The notes under the pieces are model-generated. The model did not search any database. It was not told where the DNA came from and saw nothing but the letters and a program-made list of their open reading frames with translations. This document shows, piece by piece, positions 25,294 to 33,964 of a stretch of 37,595 nt of DNA. Location of the stretch: the IMG/VR virus record IMGVR_UViG_3300010218_000100, positions 1 to 37,595 of that record; one strand, given 5' to 3'. This DNA comes from a virus. Taxonomy: Duplodnaviria > Caudoviricetes. Made by a program: the position numbers and the translations under genes. Every line of letters starts with the position of its first letter. The first letter of the stretch is position 1.

Positions 25294-26057
25294 GCGCACA
25301 CCGCCTGGCCGGCCCAGCCGGCGTCGATGTAGGCGGGCTCCAGCACCGTCAGAATGCGGCGCACGTAGGCGCGGTTCTCGCGCCAGGCGGCGGTCGACCG
25401 CGAGCGCATGTCGGCCACGTTGCCGGCCCAGCGTCGGCGATCGCGCCCGGCCTTGACGGCGAGCGCCTGTTCCCGGCGTAGGTTGCCCTCGCCGCCGTTG
25501 TAGGCCGACAGCGCAAAGGACCAGGTACTGCACTGGCCGGCGCCCGGATTGCGCTGGGCGAGCCAGGCGTCATAGACCGCTGCGGCCAAAGCGGCCTGCT
25601 GCGGGTCCCACGGGTCGAAGCTGCCTAGGCGATCGGGGAACGCCTCGGCCATCCAGCGCGCGGTCGACGGCATGAACTGCGCCAAGCCCTCGGCGCCGAC
25701 CGGGCTGCGTGCGTTCGGGTTCCAGCTCGACTCCTGATGCAGCTGCGCGGCGAGGCGCGCGGGCGAGCCGTCGACGCCCCACTCCTCGGCCACCGCCTGC
25801 TCGATCCAGCGGCGATACATGGCGCTGGCTTCCGGCACCGCCACCGCGCGGGCCGCTGGGGCGGCTTGGTGCGTCTGTGGAACGGCCGCGCGGGCGCTCA
25901 TGGCCAGGACGATCAATCCCGTGAGCAGCAGCAAGAGGCAGAGGCCGTTGGCCAGCCGACGGCGCGCATAGATCCGCCAGGGTGCGGTCGCGTCATAGCC
26001 CCAGCTCAGCCAGACCATGCCGCCAAAGCCCAGGCATGCCAGCAGCGCGCCAATCAC
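25290..26057 (-). CDS. SLT-family lytic transglycosylase endolysin with hydrophobic N-terminus
   Basis: AQLHQES.W.P.A.S.VGA.GLAQFMP.TA, AYNGG.G and ENR.YV..I motifs; GTGA-coupled start at 26057 is inferred. Confidence 0.9.
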   Translation of the reverse strand: MIGALLACLGFGGMVWLSWGYDATAPWRIYARRRLANGLCLLLLLTGLIVLAMSARAAVPQTHQAAPAARAVAVPEASAMYRRWIEQAVAEEWGVDGSPARLAAQLHQESSWNPNARSPVGAEGLAQFMPSTARWMAEAFPDRLGSFDPWDPQQAALAAAVYDAWLAQRNPGAGQCSTWSFALSAYNGGEGNLRREQALAVKAGRDRRRWAGNVADMRSRSTAAWRENRAYVRRILTVLEPAYIDAGWAGQAVCA

Positions 26058-26215
26058 AGCGAGCCCCGCATGACGGGCCAGAACACCAGCGCCGCCAAGA
26101 GGCAAAGCGTGCCGGTCAGGGCGCGGTAAGGGGCGAGGACGTGTCGAGCCTCGGCCTCGGTGCTGGGGATCTTCCACCAGGCGATAAGGACCAGGGCGAC
26201 GAGGATGGCGATCAC
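26054..26215 (-). CDS. Small two-TM membrane protein (53 aa) in the lysis cassette
   Basis: GTGA overlaps at both ends (with holin and endolysin); two hydrophobic segments. Confidence 0.6.
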   Translation of the reverse strand: MIAILVALVLIAWWKIPSTEAEARHVLAPYRALTGTLCLLAALVFWPVMRGSL

Positions 26216-26535
26216 GGCATCAGCCCCGCGGCGATGATCGAGGCGGCCATCAGCGTGGCGCGGCGTGTCTGCGCCATCGCCCGCTCGATGCCGTCCAGCT
26301 GCGAGGGCCTCGCGTCCGGGCTGGCGCCGCGGTCGAAGCCATAGCCCAGCACCGCGGCCAGGCTCAGCTTCGAGACGATCCACAGGTAGCTACCGAACTT
26401 GGCCGGGTTGAACAGCACGGCGATGACGGCCAGCAGCAGCAGCGAGAGCATCGCCCACAGCGCCATGCGGCCGGAGCCATCCAGCACCGCTGCGAAGCGC
26501 GTGTAACCAGCGCTCAAACGTTCCTTGAAGCCCAT
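26212..26535 (-). CDS. Putative holin (2/3-TM family of Mu-like phages)
   Basis: KLSL..VLGY.FDR...P..RP.......RRA....A.I.A motif; GGAGG RBS; first gene of the lysis operon. Confidence 0.82.
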   Translation of the reverse strand: MGFKERLSAGYTRFAAVLDGSGRMALWAMLSLLLLAVIAVLFNPAKFGSYLWIVSKLSLAAVLGYGFDRGASPDARPSQLDGIERAMAQTRRATLMAASIIAAGLMP

Positions 26536-26549
26536 GCGCGCCCTCCGCG

Positions 26550-26595
26550 TAAAAAGGCGCCGGCGGGCTGCGGGGGAATGCGCAGCCCGCCGGCG
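26550..26595 (-). terminator. Intrinsic terminator-like hairpin in the lysis leader
   Basis: Perfect 15-bp stem 26558-26572/26581-26595, 8-nt loop, followed by CC-TTTTT on the - strand. Confidence 0.6.
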
Positions 26596-26631
26596 GGTCA
26601 CGCGCTCGGGGAAGGAAGCGCGCTAGCGGTC

Positions 26632-26676
26632 AGGCTACGGAGAGAGGGGTCTTGCGATCAGGCTGAAACGCTTCAG
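26632..26676 (-). promoter_or_regulatory. Late promoter for the lysis/packaging operon (Plys-like) with activator box
   Basis: CTGAAGCGTTTCAGCCTG, 21 nt spacer, TAGCCT -10; overlaps the activator gene stop codon. Confidence 0.7.
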
Positions 26677-27104
26677 CGGGACTGCTTGAAGAGGTCCGGC
26701 TGGTCCAGCGCGGGAGCGCCGGCGTTGGCTCGGGCAAGGATGTTGAACACTTGCCGCTGCGTGAGGCCGCACTGTAGCGCGATCGTGGCCGTGGATGCAC
26801 CCTCGCGCGCATCGATCACGATCTGTCGATCGCGGGTTGCCCGCAGCGCCGCAGCGGCGCGGTCCAGCTCCAGATACTCGCGGCCGTAGTGCTGCACCAG
26901 GAGCGCGAACGCGCCCGGTCCGATCAGCCGCGCCAGCCAGTGGTCCGGCGGGGCCTGCTCGGGCACGTAGACGCGCGTGCCGCCGCGTGCCTCGACCAGG
27001 CGCAGGGTCGCCGGCAACCCGATGACTTGGGCGAGCGCGGCCAGCCGCGGCGGCAGATCGCCGGCGTCGACCTGGCCGATGGCCGCCAGCTCAGCCGCGG
27101 CCAT
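26673..27104 (-). CDS. Mor/C-family transcription activator
   Basis: L..VIG..A.L.LV...GG...YVP and RD..I......G.S...IA...GLT.RQV..IL motifs; last gene before the lysis cassette. Confidence 0.9.
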   Translation of the reverse strand: MAAAELAAIGQVDAGDLPPRLAALAQVIGLPATLRLVEARGGTRVYVPEQAPPDHWLARLIGPGAFALLVQHYGREYLELDRAAAALRATRDRQIVIDAREGASTATIALQCGLTQRQVFNILARANAGAPALDQPDLFKQSR

Positions 27105-27696
27105 TCCCGACCCCGAAGTCGGCCTTGGCCTTGGCGGTGCGCTCCGCGGCCTTCTCAGGCGAGAGCAGGCCAAGGCGCACGTCCGACTCGATGCCGCGCA
27201 GGGCATCATTCAGCGCCACGAGGTTGGCCCGCGTGGTGGCGTCGACGCTGGCGGGCTCCAGGTGGCGCCCGGCGCGCTTGTTCGCCTCGGTCTGACGCTC
27301 CTGTGTGGCGGCCGCCTGATCGGCGATGCCGTAGACGATGCTGCGCAGGTAGTGGTGGTTCTGCAGCGGCAGGGTCAGGCGCGCGCGCTGCGCGAGCGTC
27401 TGCTCGATGCCGGTGACCCATTGGGCCACGGTGGCCGGCAAACGCACGCTGGTGCGCTCGTCGCGGCAGACGGTGCCCTCACGCACCAGCGCATCGAGCG
27501 CCTCGACCAGTTTCACGGCCTTGGCCAGGCGCAGCTTCTGCTTGGCCGGGTTGAACAGCGGCAGATATTCGATCACCGCGCGGCCGAGCGCCGGCTCCAT
27601 GCCGGCCAGCAGCATGCCGAAGCGCTTGCCGTCCGCTTCGTGGAAGCCGGCTCCGATCGGGAAGGCTTCGCCGCAGGTGGGACAGGTGGCGTGCAT
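27091..27696 (-). CDS. Conserved Mu-like hypothetical protein with N-terminal CxxC
   Basis: CPTC, Y..LF.P.K..L and LPL.NH.YL..I motifs; coupled to neighbours. Confidence 0.75.
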   Translation of the reverse strand: MHATCPTCGEAFPIGAGFHEADGKRFGMLLAGMEPALGRAVIEYLPLFNPAKQKLRLAKAVKLVEALDALVREGTVCRDERTSVRLPATVAQWVTGIEQTLAQRARLTLPLQNHHYLRSIVYGIADQAAATQERQTEANKRAGRHLEPASVDATTRANLVALNDALRGIESDVRLGLLSPEKAAERTAKAKADFGVGNGRG

Positions 27697-28079
27697 CAGT
27701 GCAGCCCCTGCTCCGCGCGCTGGTACGGGCGCTCGGCGATCATGGCGCGGTAGGCCGGGAACATCGTCGCGATCCCCGCCGCAATAGCCTCCAGTGTCGC
27801 GCCGGGCATGGGTTGCATCGTGGTCTTAAGCAGGATCAGCGCTGCTTTCGTCGCCTTCTCGCAGTCCTCCCGCGAAGCGACCGGCCAGACCGCGGCAGCT
27901 GCGCCGGCGGCCATTTCCGGAGATAGCTCGCGCGGCATCAGCACCGGGCCTTCCGTCCCGCCTTGAAACGTAGCAAGCGCCGCATCGGCGTGGGCGTAAC
28001 ACTTCTCCCGCATGCCGTGGCCGATCACATCGGCGATCGCTTTAGCTACCGCGGCCCTCAATTCGTCTCGGTTATTCAT
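27696..28079 (-). CDS. Hypothetical protein
   Basis: TGATG coupling on both sides; contains L.PRE...EM and YRAMI segments. Confidence 0.65.
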   Translation of the reverse strand: MNNRDELRAAVAKAIADVIGHGMREKCYAHADAALATFQGGTEGPVLMPRELSPEMAAGAAAAVWPVASREDCEKATKAALILLKTTMQPMPGATLEAIAAGIATMFPAYRAMIAERPYQRAEQGLH

Positions 28080-28273
28080 CAGTCGCAGCCCCCTAGCTGC
28101 GTGGGTTCATGCTTGCGTCGCTCCCAATTGGAGCCCGCGTAAAACGCTGCCTTGAGCAGCTGGTGAATGACGCCCTGGTAAATCGGCCGGATCTTCGCGA
28201 CCTCCGGCAATGCCCGGCGGCGCCAGTGGTCTTGAAACGCGATTGAGCGCTCGGCGGCTTCCTCGGGGTGCAT
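28079..28273 (-). CDS. Hypothetical protein (64 aa)
   Basis: Tiles between neighbours with coupled start and stop. Confidence 0.6.
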   Translation of the reverse strand: MHPEEAAERSIAFQDHWRRRALPEVAKIRPIYQGVIHQLLKAAFYAGSNWERRKHEPTQLGGCD

Positions 28274-28717
28274 TTACTTCCCCCGGTTGGCGCTGATCTG
28301 CAGAGCGGCCACGAGCCGATGCAGTTGGTCGGCACGGAGCCACTCCACGCGCTGCACCTTGAACATGCGCTTCGCCGTGCCGTGGGCGTAATTCCAGCTC
28401 TTGCCCAGCTCGGCCAAGATGGCGCCCACCTTGGCAACCATGCCGGCGATCTCCTCGCGCACGTTCTGCGGTGCGTCGGGCAGGTTCACGGCGTTGCGCA
28501 TCTGCTCCTGACCTTCGCCGGCCAGCCGCCGTAGCTCGTCGAGCACCTTGCCCCGGCCGCGAGCGTCCAGGTCGGCCGAGCTGGTGACACCGGCCACGCG
28601 CTGCAGCAGGGCCACGTAAGTCTCGCGATCCAGACGCAGGCGCTTGCTGGCCAGCACGTGGATGGCCGCCAGCTGGCGCACGCGCGGATCGCCGGCGCGT
28701 TTAACGGTCGTTGACAT
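28274..28717 (-). CDS. gemA: GemA/gp16 (DUF1018) family protein
   Basis: LA.IH......L....Y..LL....G..SS.DL and W.YA...AKRMF.V..VEWL...QL..LVAAL motifs. Confidence 0.88.
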   Translation of the reverse strand: MSTTVKRAGDPRVRQLAAIHVLASKRLRLDRETYVALLQRVAGVTSSADLDARGRGKVLDELRRLAGEGQEQMRNAVNLPDAPQNVREEIAGMVAKVGAILAELGKSWNYAHGTAKRMFKVQRVEWLRADQLHRLVAALQISANRGK

Positions 28718-28910
28718 CGATCGCCTCTGTGGGTTGTGCCGGCGCCAGCGCGGCGCACCAGTCGCGGCGCCACTGTCTTGCCGAGTTGTAGGACAGCCCG
28801 GTCTTGTCCTGGATTGCCGCCACGGTCGGCGGCTTCGGCTGCTTGATTGCCCACAGCGCGAACGCGAAATGGCTGCGCCGCTCCTTCAAGGACCGATTAC
28901 CGATGGTCAT
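28701..28910 (-). CDS. Small HTH-like hypothetical protein
   Basis: PTVAAIQDKTGLSYNSARQWRR helix-turn-helix-like pattern; ATGA overlap at 28910. Confidence 0.6.
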   Translation of the reverse strand: MTIGNRSLKERRSHFAFALWAIKQPKPPTVAAIQDKTGLSYNSARQWRRDWCAALAPAQPTEAIDVNDR

Positions 28911-29332
28911 GCTGCGGCGTCCTGCCCGGCCACCCGAAGCTCGGCCGGCGCCTCGGCGGCTGCCAGCTCGATCGAGGCGTTGTGCTTCTCGAAGTGACGG
29001 CGCAGCACCTGGACAGAGGGCCAGATCGGGCTGTACCAGGTGAACGAGTACTTCGCCTTCATCTTCGCCACCCAGCGCTTGCCGAGGCGCAGATCCGCCT
29101 TGCTGAATCGCAGCGTGCACTCGGTCTTCGGGCGCATGAAGCGCCGCCGCTCCTCGCAGTCGTTGCGCACCCACTCGCCGCGGAACCAGCCGTTGACGTA
29201 GATGGCGATGACCATGCGCATCTTGTCGCGTTGGACCATCAGCGTGACGCGGTACGCGTCGCATTGGAGCGTCGCCCGGGCGCCAGGCCAGGTGAGCTGC
29301 TTTTCCAGCGCCAGCCATTCCTCACGCTTCAT
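28907..29332 (-). CDS. Hypothetical protein
   Basis: Coupled ORF; L.CD.Y..TL...IYVNG..RGEW motif. Confidence 0.7.
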   Translation of the reverse strand: MKREEWLALEKQLTWPGARATLQCDAYRVTLMVQRDKMRMVIAIYVNGWFRGEWVRNDCEERRRFMRPKTECTLRFSKADLRLGKRWVAKMKAKYSFTWYSPIWPSVQVLRRHFEKHNASIELAAAEAPAELRVAGQDAAA

Positions 29333-29720
29333 GGCTGGCCTCGGCTTCGGCAGTCTTCCATGCGCTGGCCTGCGCCGCCCACGCGCGCCAGGCGGGCAGG
29401 TAGATCGTGCGCACGGCGATCTTGCCCGGCCAGCTGTAGATCACTTTCTCACCAAAGACGCCCTCGACCTCGCGGGTCTCGCCGGCGACGGTCACGCTGT
29501 CACGGTAGGTCGGGTCAGTGCGCGGATCTCGCGGCGCCTTACCTTGCAAGCAGGCGCTGCACAAATCCTCCGCGGCCCAACAGCAGCCGCCCGGGCAGGC
29601 TTTCAGTTCGGTGCAGCCGCACACGCGGCACGCCCGCTGCTGATCCCATGCGCCCAGCACCATGCCGCCGTAGCTGCCGTCATTGGCCTCCACGGGCTTG
29701 CGCTTTCGGGCGGCGGTCAT
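29322..29720 (-). CDS. Cys-rich, probably zinc-binding hypothetical protein
   Basis: CRVCGCT...ACPGGCCW....LCSAC; start at ATGA overlap 29720. Confidence 0.7.
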   Translation of the reverse strand: MTAARKRKPVEANDGSYGGMVLGAWDQQRACRVCGCTELKACPGGCCWAAEDLCSACLQGKAPRDPRTDPTYRDSVTVAGETREVEGVFGEKVIYSWPGKIAVRTIYLPAWRAWAAQASAWKTAEAEASHEA

Positions 29721-29887
29721 GGCGACACCTCGCCCGGCTCGCGGGAGCCCTCGATCTGCGCCAGTTCGCGGGCCAGATCCGCGCACTCCTGGTTCAGGCC
29801 AGCGACCTCCTGATGTAACTGGCCAAGGGCTCGCTCGATGTCGGCCTGCCGCGCCTTGATGTGCGCGATGCGTTGCTCGCGATTCAT
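29717..29887 (-). CDS. Small coiled-coil hypothetical protein
   Basis: MNREQRIAHIK... heptad pattern; ATGA overlaps. Confidence 0.6.
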   Translation of the reverse strand: MNREQRIAHIKARQADIERALGQLHQEVAGLNQECADLARELAQIEGSREPGEVSP

Positions 29888-30021
29888 GGCGTCACCCCGC
29901 CCGGCGCGGTGATCCAGAACGTGACGCACGGGACCAGGTTGATGCACAGGCGGCGATTAGCGGGTGACCAGTGCATGCCGATCCACAGGCCGCCCCAGCG
30001 GAGCAAGAGGCCGGCGCTCAC
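29884..30021 (-). CDS. Small hypothetical protein (45 aa)
   Basis: GTGA-coupled; G.L.R.G.LWIG.HWS..NRRLCINL.PC.T.WI motif. Confidence 0.6.
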   Translation of the reverse strand: MSAGLLLRWGGLWIGMHWSPANRRLCINLVPCVTFWITAPGGVTP

Positions 30022-30422
30022 GCTGCGGCCTGCTGCGCCAGCGGCGCCGGGTCCATGACGGGTGCCCAGGCGAAGGCGCCGCCGAGCTTCTCGTCCGCCG
30101 TGCCGCTGATGTAGAACTGGTCCGAGCCGGCCTGCTTGCGGTAGGCCATGTAGGTGACCGGCTCCTCGTCGCCGGGCAAGTAGACGCTGACCATCACGTC
30201 TTCCAGCGGCGCGGGCTGCTCGGCGGTGATCGGCTCCCACGGGCCGAGGTTGTTCGGCAGCCATTCGCGCTTGCCGTCCTCGTGCAGCAGACACCATCTC
30301 GCCGCGTCGCCGAGCACGCCGGCGAACACGCCAAGGGCTCGCAGGATCTCGGGCCGGCGCTCGGGAGCGAACTGCAGCAGGGTCTTCCAGCTGCCGCTGG
30401 TATTGATCTGGAGGGTCATCAT
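30018..30422 (-). CDS. Hypothetical protein
   Basis: LQIN..GSWK....F N-terminus; W.PI....PAP..DV.V C-terminal domain. Confidence 0.65.
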   Translation of the reverse strand: MMTLQINTSGSWKTLLQFAPERRPEILRALGVFAGVLGDAARWCLLHEDGKREWLPNNLGPWEPITAEQPAPLEDVMVSVYLPGDEEPVTYMAYRKQAGSDQFYISGTADEKLGGAFAWAPVMDPAPLAQQAAA

Positions 30423-30425
30423 CGG

Positions 30426-31043
30426 TCAGACCTCCGCGATGTTGAGCGACAGGCCCTTGTACTGGCCGTTGGCTTCGCGCTTGTAGAAGCGCACGTAGCT
30501 CTTGGTGCCCACGACCTGGACCGCCTCAGCGATCGCCGTCATGGCTCGCTGCCAGCGCTCGTCTTGGATGTCCAGGCGGTGCAGCGCCAGCACGGCGCCC
30601 GTGCGGATCTTCCCGGTGGCATCCACTCGGAAGGCGTCCTGCACCAGCAGCGTCACCTCCGGTCGGGCGCCCTCGGTCCATTCGCGCAGACATTCGTCGA
30701 TCAGCTCCTTGGCCGACTGCAGGCGCTCGTCGAAGGTGATCAGCTCGGCCATCGCGCGCAGCACCTTCAGCTCGCCATCGAAGCTGACCAGGTGCACGTT
30801 TCCCTTGTCGCCGCCCAGCTTCACGCCGTACTGCTCAGCCGACAGCTGCACGAACGCGGCGATGTCCTGATGCACGCGGCGCTTGAAGGCGATCATGCGC
30901 CGGTTCAGATCCTCGGCCTCGGCGTACAGCTCGCGCACCAGCTCGTCGCGCGTCTTGTCGATGGGCTTGATCTTGGACTCCGGCACCAGGCGCCCTTGGG
31001 CGTCGCGGCGGTGGCCGGCGGGGATTTCGATCAGTTCGAACAT
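30426..31043 (-). CDS. DUF3164 family protein
   Basis: DA.GRLVP...IKP.D..RD, KGN..L.SFDG, FDERL..AK.LID.C and K.YVRFY.R motifs. Confidence 0.9.
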   Translation of the reverse strand: MFELIEIPAGHRRDAQGRLVPESKIKPIDKTRDELVRELYAEAEDLNRRMIAFKRRVHQDIAAFVQLSAEQYGVKLGGDKGNVHLVSFDGELKVLRAMAELITFDERLQSAKELIDECLREWTEGARPEVTLLVQDAFRVDATGKIRTGAVLALHRLDIQDERWQRAMTAIAEAVQVVGTKSYVRFYKREANGQYKGLSLNIAEV

Positions 31044-31162
31044 GGGTTGCTTTCCTCGTCTTGGCCGCGCTCGAAATCGGCGCGGAAAATGTCAAAGGTG
31101 GTTCGGCGCATGCGCTCGCCCAGCCAGGGCGGCAGCTCGTCGTCGGGGGCGTCGGCCGTCAC
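31031..31162 (-). CDS. Small hypothetical protein (43 aa)
   Basis: GTGA-coupled start; fills the gap before DUF3164. Confidence 0.4.
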   Translation of the reverse strand: MTADAPDDELPPWLGERMRRTTFDIFRADFERGQDEESNPCSN

Positions 31163-31941
31163 GGGCTCGCCCCTTGGGTAAAACCCACCAGGGCGGCCCT
31201 CGCCGAGCGCACGGCTTCGCCCAGCCACCACCAGGTCATCGGATCGACCACGGTCTTGAGGTAGGCGGCCTGCGCTTCCTCGGCGGCCTGCACGGCCTTC
31301 TCGAGCTCGCGGACGGCTGCGGCAGGGCCGGGCTCGGGCTCGGGCGCCGGTGGGGGCGCGGGCGGCGGTGGTGCCGGTGGCGCCAGCGGTTCCTCGTGTG
31401 CGGTGTCAGCCGGCTCGGGCGCATGCGGTGCATGGGCGACCGCCACGGCGATGGCGGTGTCGCTCGCCAGCGCCCATGCCTGGGCGCGTCCCTTGCCGGG
31501 CACCGAGACAAACTCGCCCTTGGTCTTGTACGCGGACAGGCTCGACATGATCTGGCTGAGCGTCAGATCGGGCAGCTGCGCATGCAGCTCGCGCGGCTCC
31601 ATCGGCGCCTGGGCGCCGCGCAGCAGCTCCCGGATGCGCTCGATGTTGGGCCGCGTGTCCGGCTTGCTTTGCTCCGGTCGCAGGGGCGTGACCGTTGCCG
31701 GCGCGGGAGCCGGCGGCGGCGCGGGCGCGGGCGCCGGGGCCAGCATGAGCAGCGAATAGCGCAGGATGCCGTCGCCGTTGTGGTGGCGCTTCACACGCAG
31801 GTGCCGCACCAGGCCGTTGAGGAGCTTGTTGAGCGCGTCGATCTCGCCCTCGGCGTCGACGAGCTTCGCCAGCGCCCGCACGTCGATCGGCTTGTCGACC
31901 GTGGCCAGCGCCCTGAGCACGTCACTTTGCTGGATCGCCAC
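31159..31941 (-). CDS. Hypothetical protein with two wHTH-like segments and Pro/Ala linkers
   Basis: GTG 31941 after a GGAGG RBS; PAPAPAPPPAPAP and PPAPPPPAPPPAPEPEP linkers. Confidence 0.65.
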   Translation of the reverse strand: MAIQQSDVLRALATVDKPIDVRALAKLVDAEGEIDALNKLLNGLVRHLRVKRHHNGDGILRYSLLMLAPAPAPAPPPAPAPATVTPLRPEQSKPDTRPNIERIRELLRGAQAPMEPRELHAQLPDLTLSQIMSSLSAYKTKGEFVSVPGKGRAQAWALASDTAIAVAVAHAPHAPEPADTAHEEPLAPPAPPPPAPPPAPEPEPGPAAAVRELEKAVQAAEEAQAAYLKTVVDPMTWWWLGEAVRSARAALVGFTQGASP

Positions 31942-31943
31942 GC

Positions 31944-32273
31944 TCAGCCCTCCCTCTGCAGCAGCCGGGGCTTCTCGATCACGATCCACTGCACCTGGCA
32001 GCCCATGACCTTGGCCACCATCTGCACCTCGCGGTGGTAGCCGTTCACCCGCGACAGCCGAATCGAGCCCTTGAGCCATTCGCCCGGCTGGTCGATGTCG
32101 ATCACGGTGTAGTCCGGGCGGACGGTCACCGTTTGAACCGTGCTGCCCTGCAGGTGAAGGAACACGATGCACTTGGCGGCCACCTGCACCTGCTCAAGCA
32201 CCTGGGCGCTCTTGCGCTCCAGGCGCTGGTGGATGGCCGTTGCAACGGCCTTCATTTCGGCGGTATCGGTCAT
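31944..32273 (-). CDS. Hypothetical protein
   Basis: GGAG RBS, ATGA overlap; I.ID.P...L and GCQV.W motifs. Confidence 0.7.
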   Translation of the reverse strand: MTDTAEMKAVATAIHQRLERKSAQVLEQVQVAAKCIVFLHLQGSTVQTVTVRPDYTVIDIDQPGEWLKGSIRLSRVNGYHREVQMVAKVMGCQVQWIVIEKPRLLQREG

Positions 32274-32641
32274 TTCACTGACTCCAGCGGCAGCCCGAGC
32301 TGCCCGCGTAGGTCCGGCAGGGCGACGCGCTTCATCGCGCACACCTGGCGGAGGGATGTCATGGCCCGGTCGGTCAGGAAGCCGCAGCTCCGGTCCAGTT
32401 CGTCGTCGGTCGCGGCGAGGTAGTAGCCGTGCGAGGGGTGAGCGCAGATCGGGTGGCCGGCGATGCGAAGCGCCTCGATCACCTGGCGCAGGCGGCGCAG
32501 GTCGGCTTCCGCCTTACGCCCGGTGATCGTGTGCGCCAGCTGCTCGGCGGTGCGCCCATTTCCCTCCCCGACGCAGTGCTGCAGCACCGCCAGCACCGTG
32601 TCGGGCGTGAGGTCTTTGCTACAGAACAGGTCGGGTTGCAT
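32270..32641 (-). CDS. Winged-HTH DNA-binding protein
   Basis: R.LR..IE.LR..GHPICA.P..GYYLA...EL motif; GAGGT RBS. Confidence 0.8.
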   Translation of the reverse strand: MQPDLFCSKDLTPDTVLAVLQHCVGEGNGRTAEQLAHTITGRKAEADLRRLRQVIEALRIAGHPICAHPSHGYYLAATDDELDRSCGFLTDRAMTSLRQVCAMKRVALPDLRGQLGLPLESVK

Positions 32642-32651
32642 GGCGGCTACC

Positions 32652-32933
32652 TCAGAGGCGGCTAGGCGGGTTCACCACGTGCCGGGCGACGTACGCGTCC
32701 GGGTTGGTGGCGGGCGCCTGGTTGGCGGCCTGGTCGGCGGCCAGGTCGATGCTGGCCAGCGCCACGAGCGCGGCCGGATCGAAGACCACCAGCGTCTTCT
32801 GCGCCGGGTCGTAGATGCCCACGCCCGGATCGCGCAGGCACACGATGTTTCGACCCTCATGGCGGCCCACCGTGATCCCGCCGACCAAGGCGGTGTGCGC
32901 GGCAAGGCCGCTCAGGACGCGGTTGCCGGCCAT
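32652..32933 (-). CDS. Hypothetical protein
   Basis: TAATG coupling to the MuB stop; start re-picked at 32933. Confidence 0.55.
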   Translation of the reverse strand: MAGNRVLSGLAAHTALVGGITVGRHEGRNIVCLRDPGVGIYDPAQKTLVVFDPAALVALASIDLAADQAANQAPATNPDAYVARHVVNPPSRL

Positions 32934-33895
32934 TACCTGCCGCCCTCCATCAGCTCGGTGGCGGCGGCGCGCACGTCCTCGCAGCAGACGGCTCGGGCCT
33001 CGCTGGCGGCGTTCATGCTGGCCAGGCGCAGCGTCTTGGTGAGGGTGCGCAAGGCACCGGGGCCACGCGCGATCTGTATCAGGGTGGCGCGGCACTTCTC
33101 GTCGGTAATGCCCCATGCCTGGATCAGCGCGGTGACGTCGCCCTCGGTGCTCTGCTTGAGGTGCAGGCGCTTGCCCACGCGGCTGAACAGGCGGTCCAGC
33201 TGCGCGGCGTTGCGCCCGCCGGCCATGCGCGAGAACACGCCCTCATTGCCGACCAGGGCGATGCCGATGCCGGTCTCGTCATGGATGGCGCGCAGCTGAT
33301 CGAGGGCGGGCACGGTCAGGTGCTGCGCCTCGTCGATGATCAGCAGGCCATGCGTGTCGCGCACGCGCTTGGTGATGCGCTTGACCATCGCGCGGGCGCC
33401 GCCGTTGATGTCCAGGCCGAGCGCGTCCGAAACCTCCTGCAGGCAGGTGACGACGCCCGCGGTGGACGGGTCCATCGTGGCGATCCAGACGTTGGGGCTG
33501 GAATCGCGGTAATGCTTGCAGGCGCTGGTCTTGCTTACGCCCGCGCCGCCGTAGCAGGCGGCAATGTCGCCGGCCATCTGTGCGTAGCCGAGCAGGCCGA
33601 GCACGCGCAGGGAGGTCGGCGTTGCGACGAAACCAGGCGCCACCGGCATGGCGTTGCCCGCCGCGCGGCGCGCGTCGGCGGCTTCCAGCCAAAGGCGGAT
33701 CTTGGCGTCGATCGCTTCGTTGTCGCCGAGGTACTTGCCGCCCAGCCACTGGCTGAAGGTGGTGGCGCTGATGCCGGCCTCTTTGCTGACGATGGCCTGG
33801 CTGAGGCGCTTGTCGCGCGCCATCGCGGCGCGGACGTTTTCGCGCAGGGCTTCGTCGCCCTGATAGATTGCCGGAACGGTAGCGGTGTCACTCAT
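32933..33895 (-). CDS. B: MuB-like AAA+ transposition ATPase with N-terminal HTH
   Basis: Walker A variant GGAGVSKT, Walker B LIIDEAQHL, LR..HD and SRVG; follows the transposase. Confidence 0.95.
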   Translation of the reverse strand: MSDTATVPAIYQGDEALRENVRAAMARDKRLSQAIVSKEAGISATTFSQWLGGKYLGDNEAIDAKIRLWLEAADARRAAGNAMPVAPGFVATPTSLRVLGLLGYAQMAGDIAACYGGAGVSKTSACKHYRDSSPNVWIATMDPSTAGVVTCLQEVSDALGLDINGGARAMVKRITKRVRDTHGLLIIDEAQHLTVPALDQLRAIHDETGIGIALVGNEGVFSRMAGGRNAAQLDRLFSRVGKRLHLKQSTEGDVTALIQAWGITDEKCRATLIQIARGPGALRTLTKTLRLASMNAASEARAVCCEDVRAAATELMEGGR

Positions 33896-33930
33896 TGGTT
33901 GATTCCCCTTGCTGTGGTTGCTGCTGCCTA

Positions 33931-33960
33931 GTCGCGGCGGTGCGTCAACACCGCCGCGGC
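33931..33960. repeat. 12-bp hairpin between A and B with TGCGTCAACA apex
   Basis: gtcgcggcggtg-cgtcaa-caccgccgcggc; the same 10-nt apex occurs inverted at 2022-2031. Confidence 0.7.
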
Positions 33961-33964
33961 GCTT

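Noticed and set aside
31320-31740. GC-rich short repeats as a CRISPR array or VNTR
   Set aside because: They are codons for Pro/Ala linkers within a CDS; no constant repeat-spacer period.
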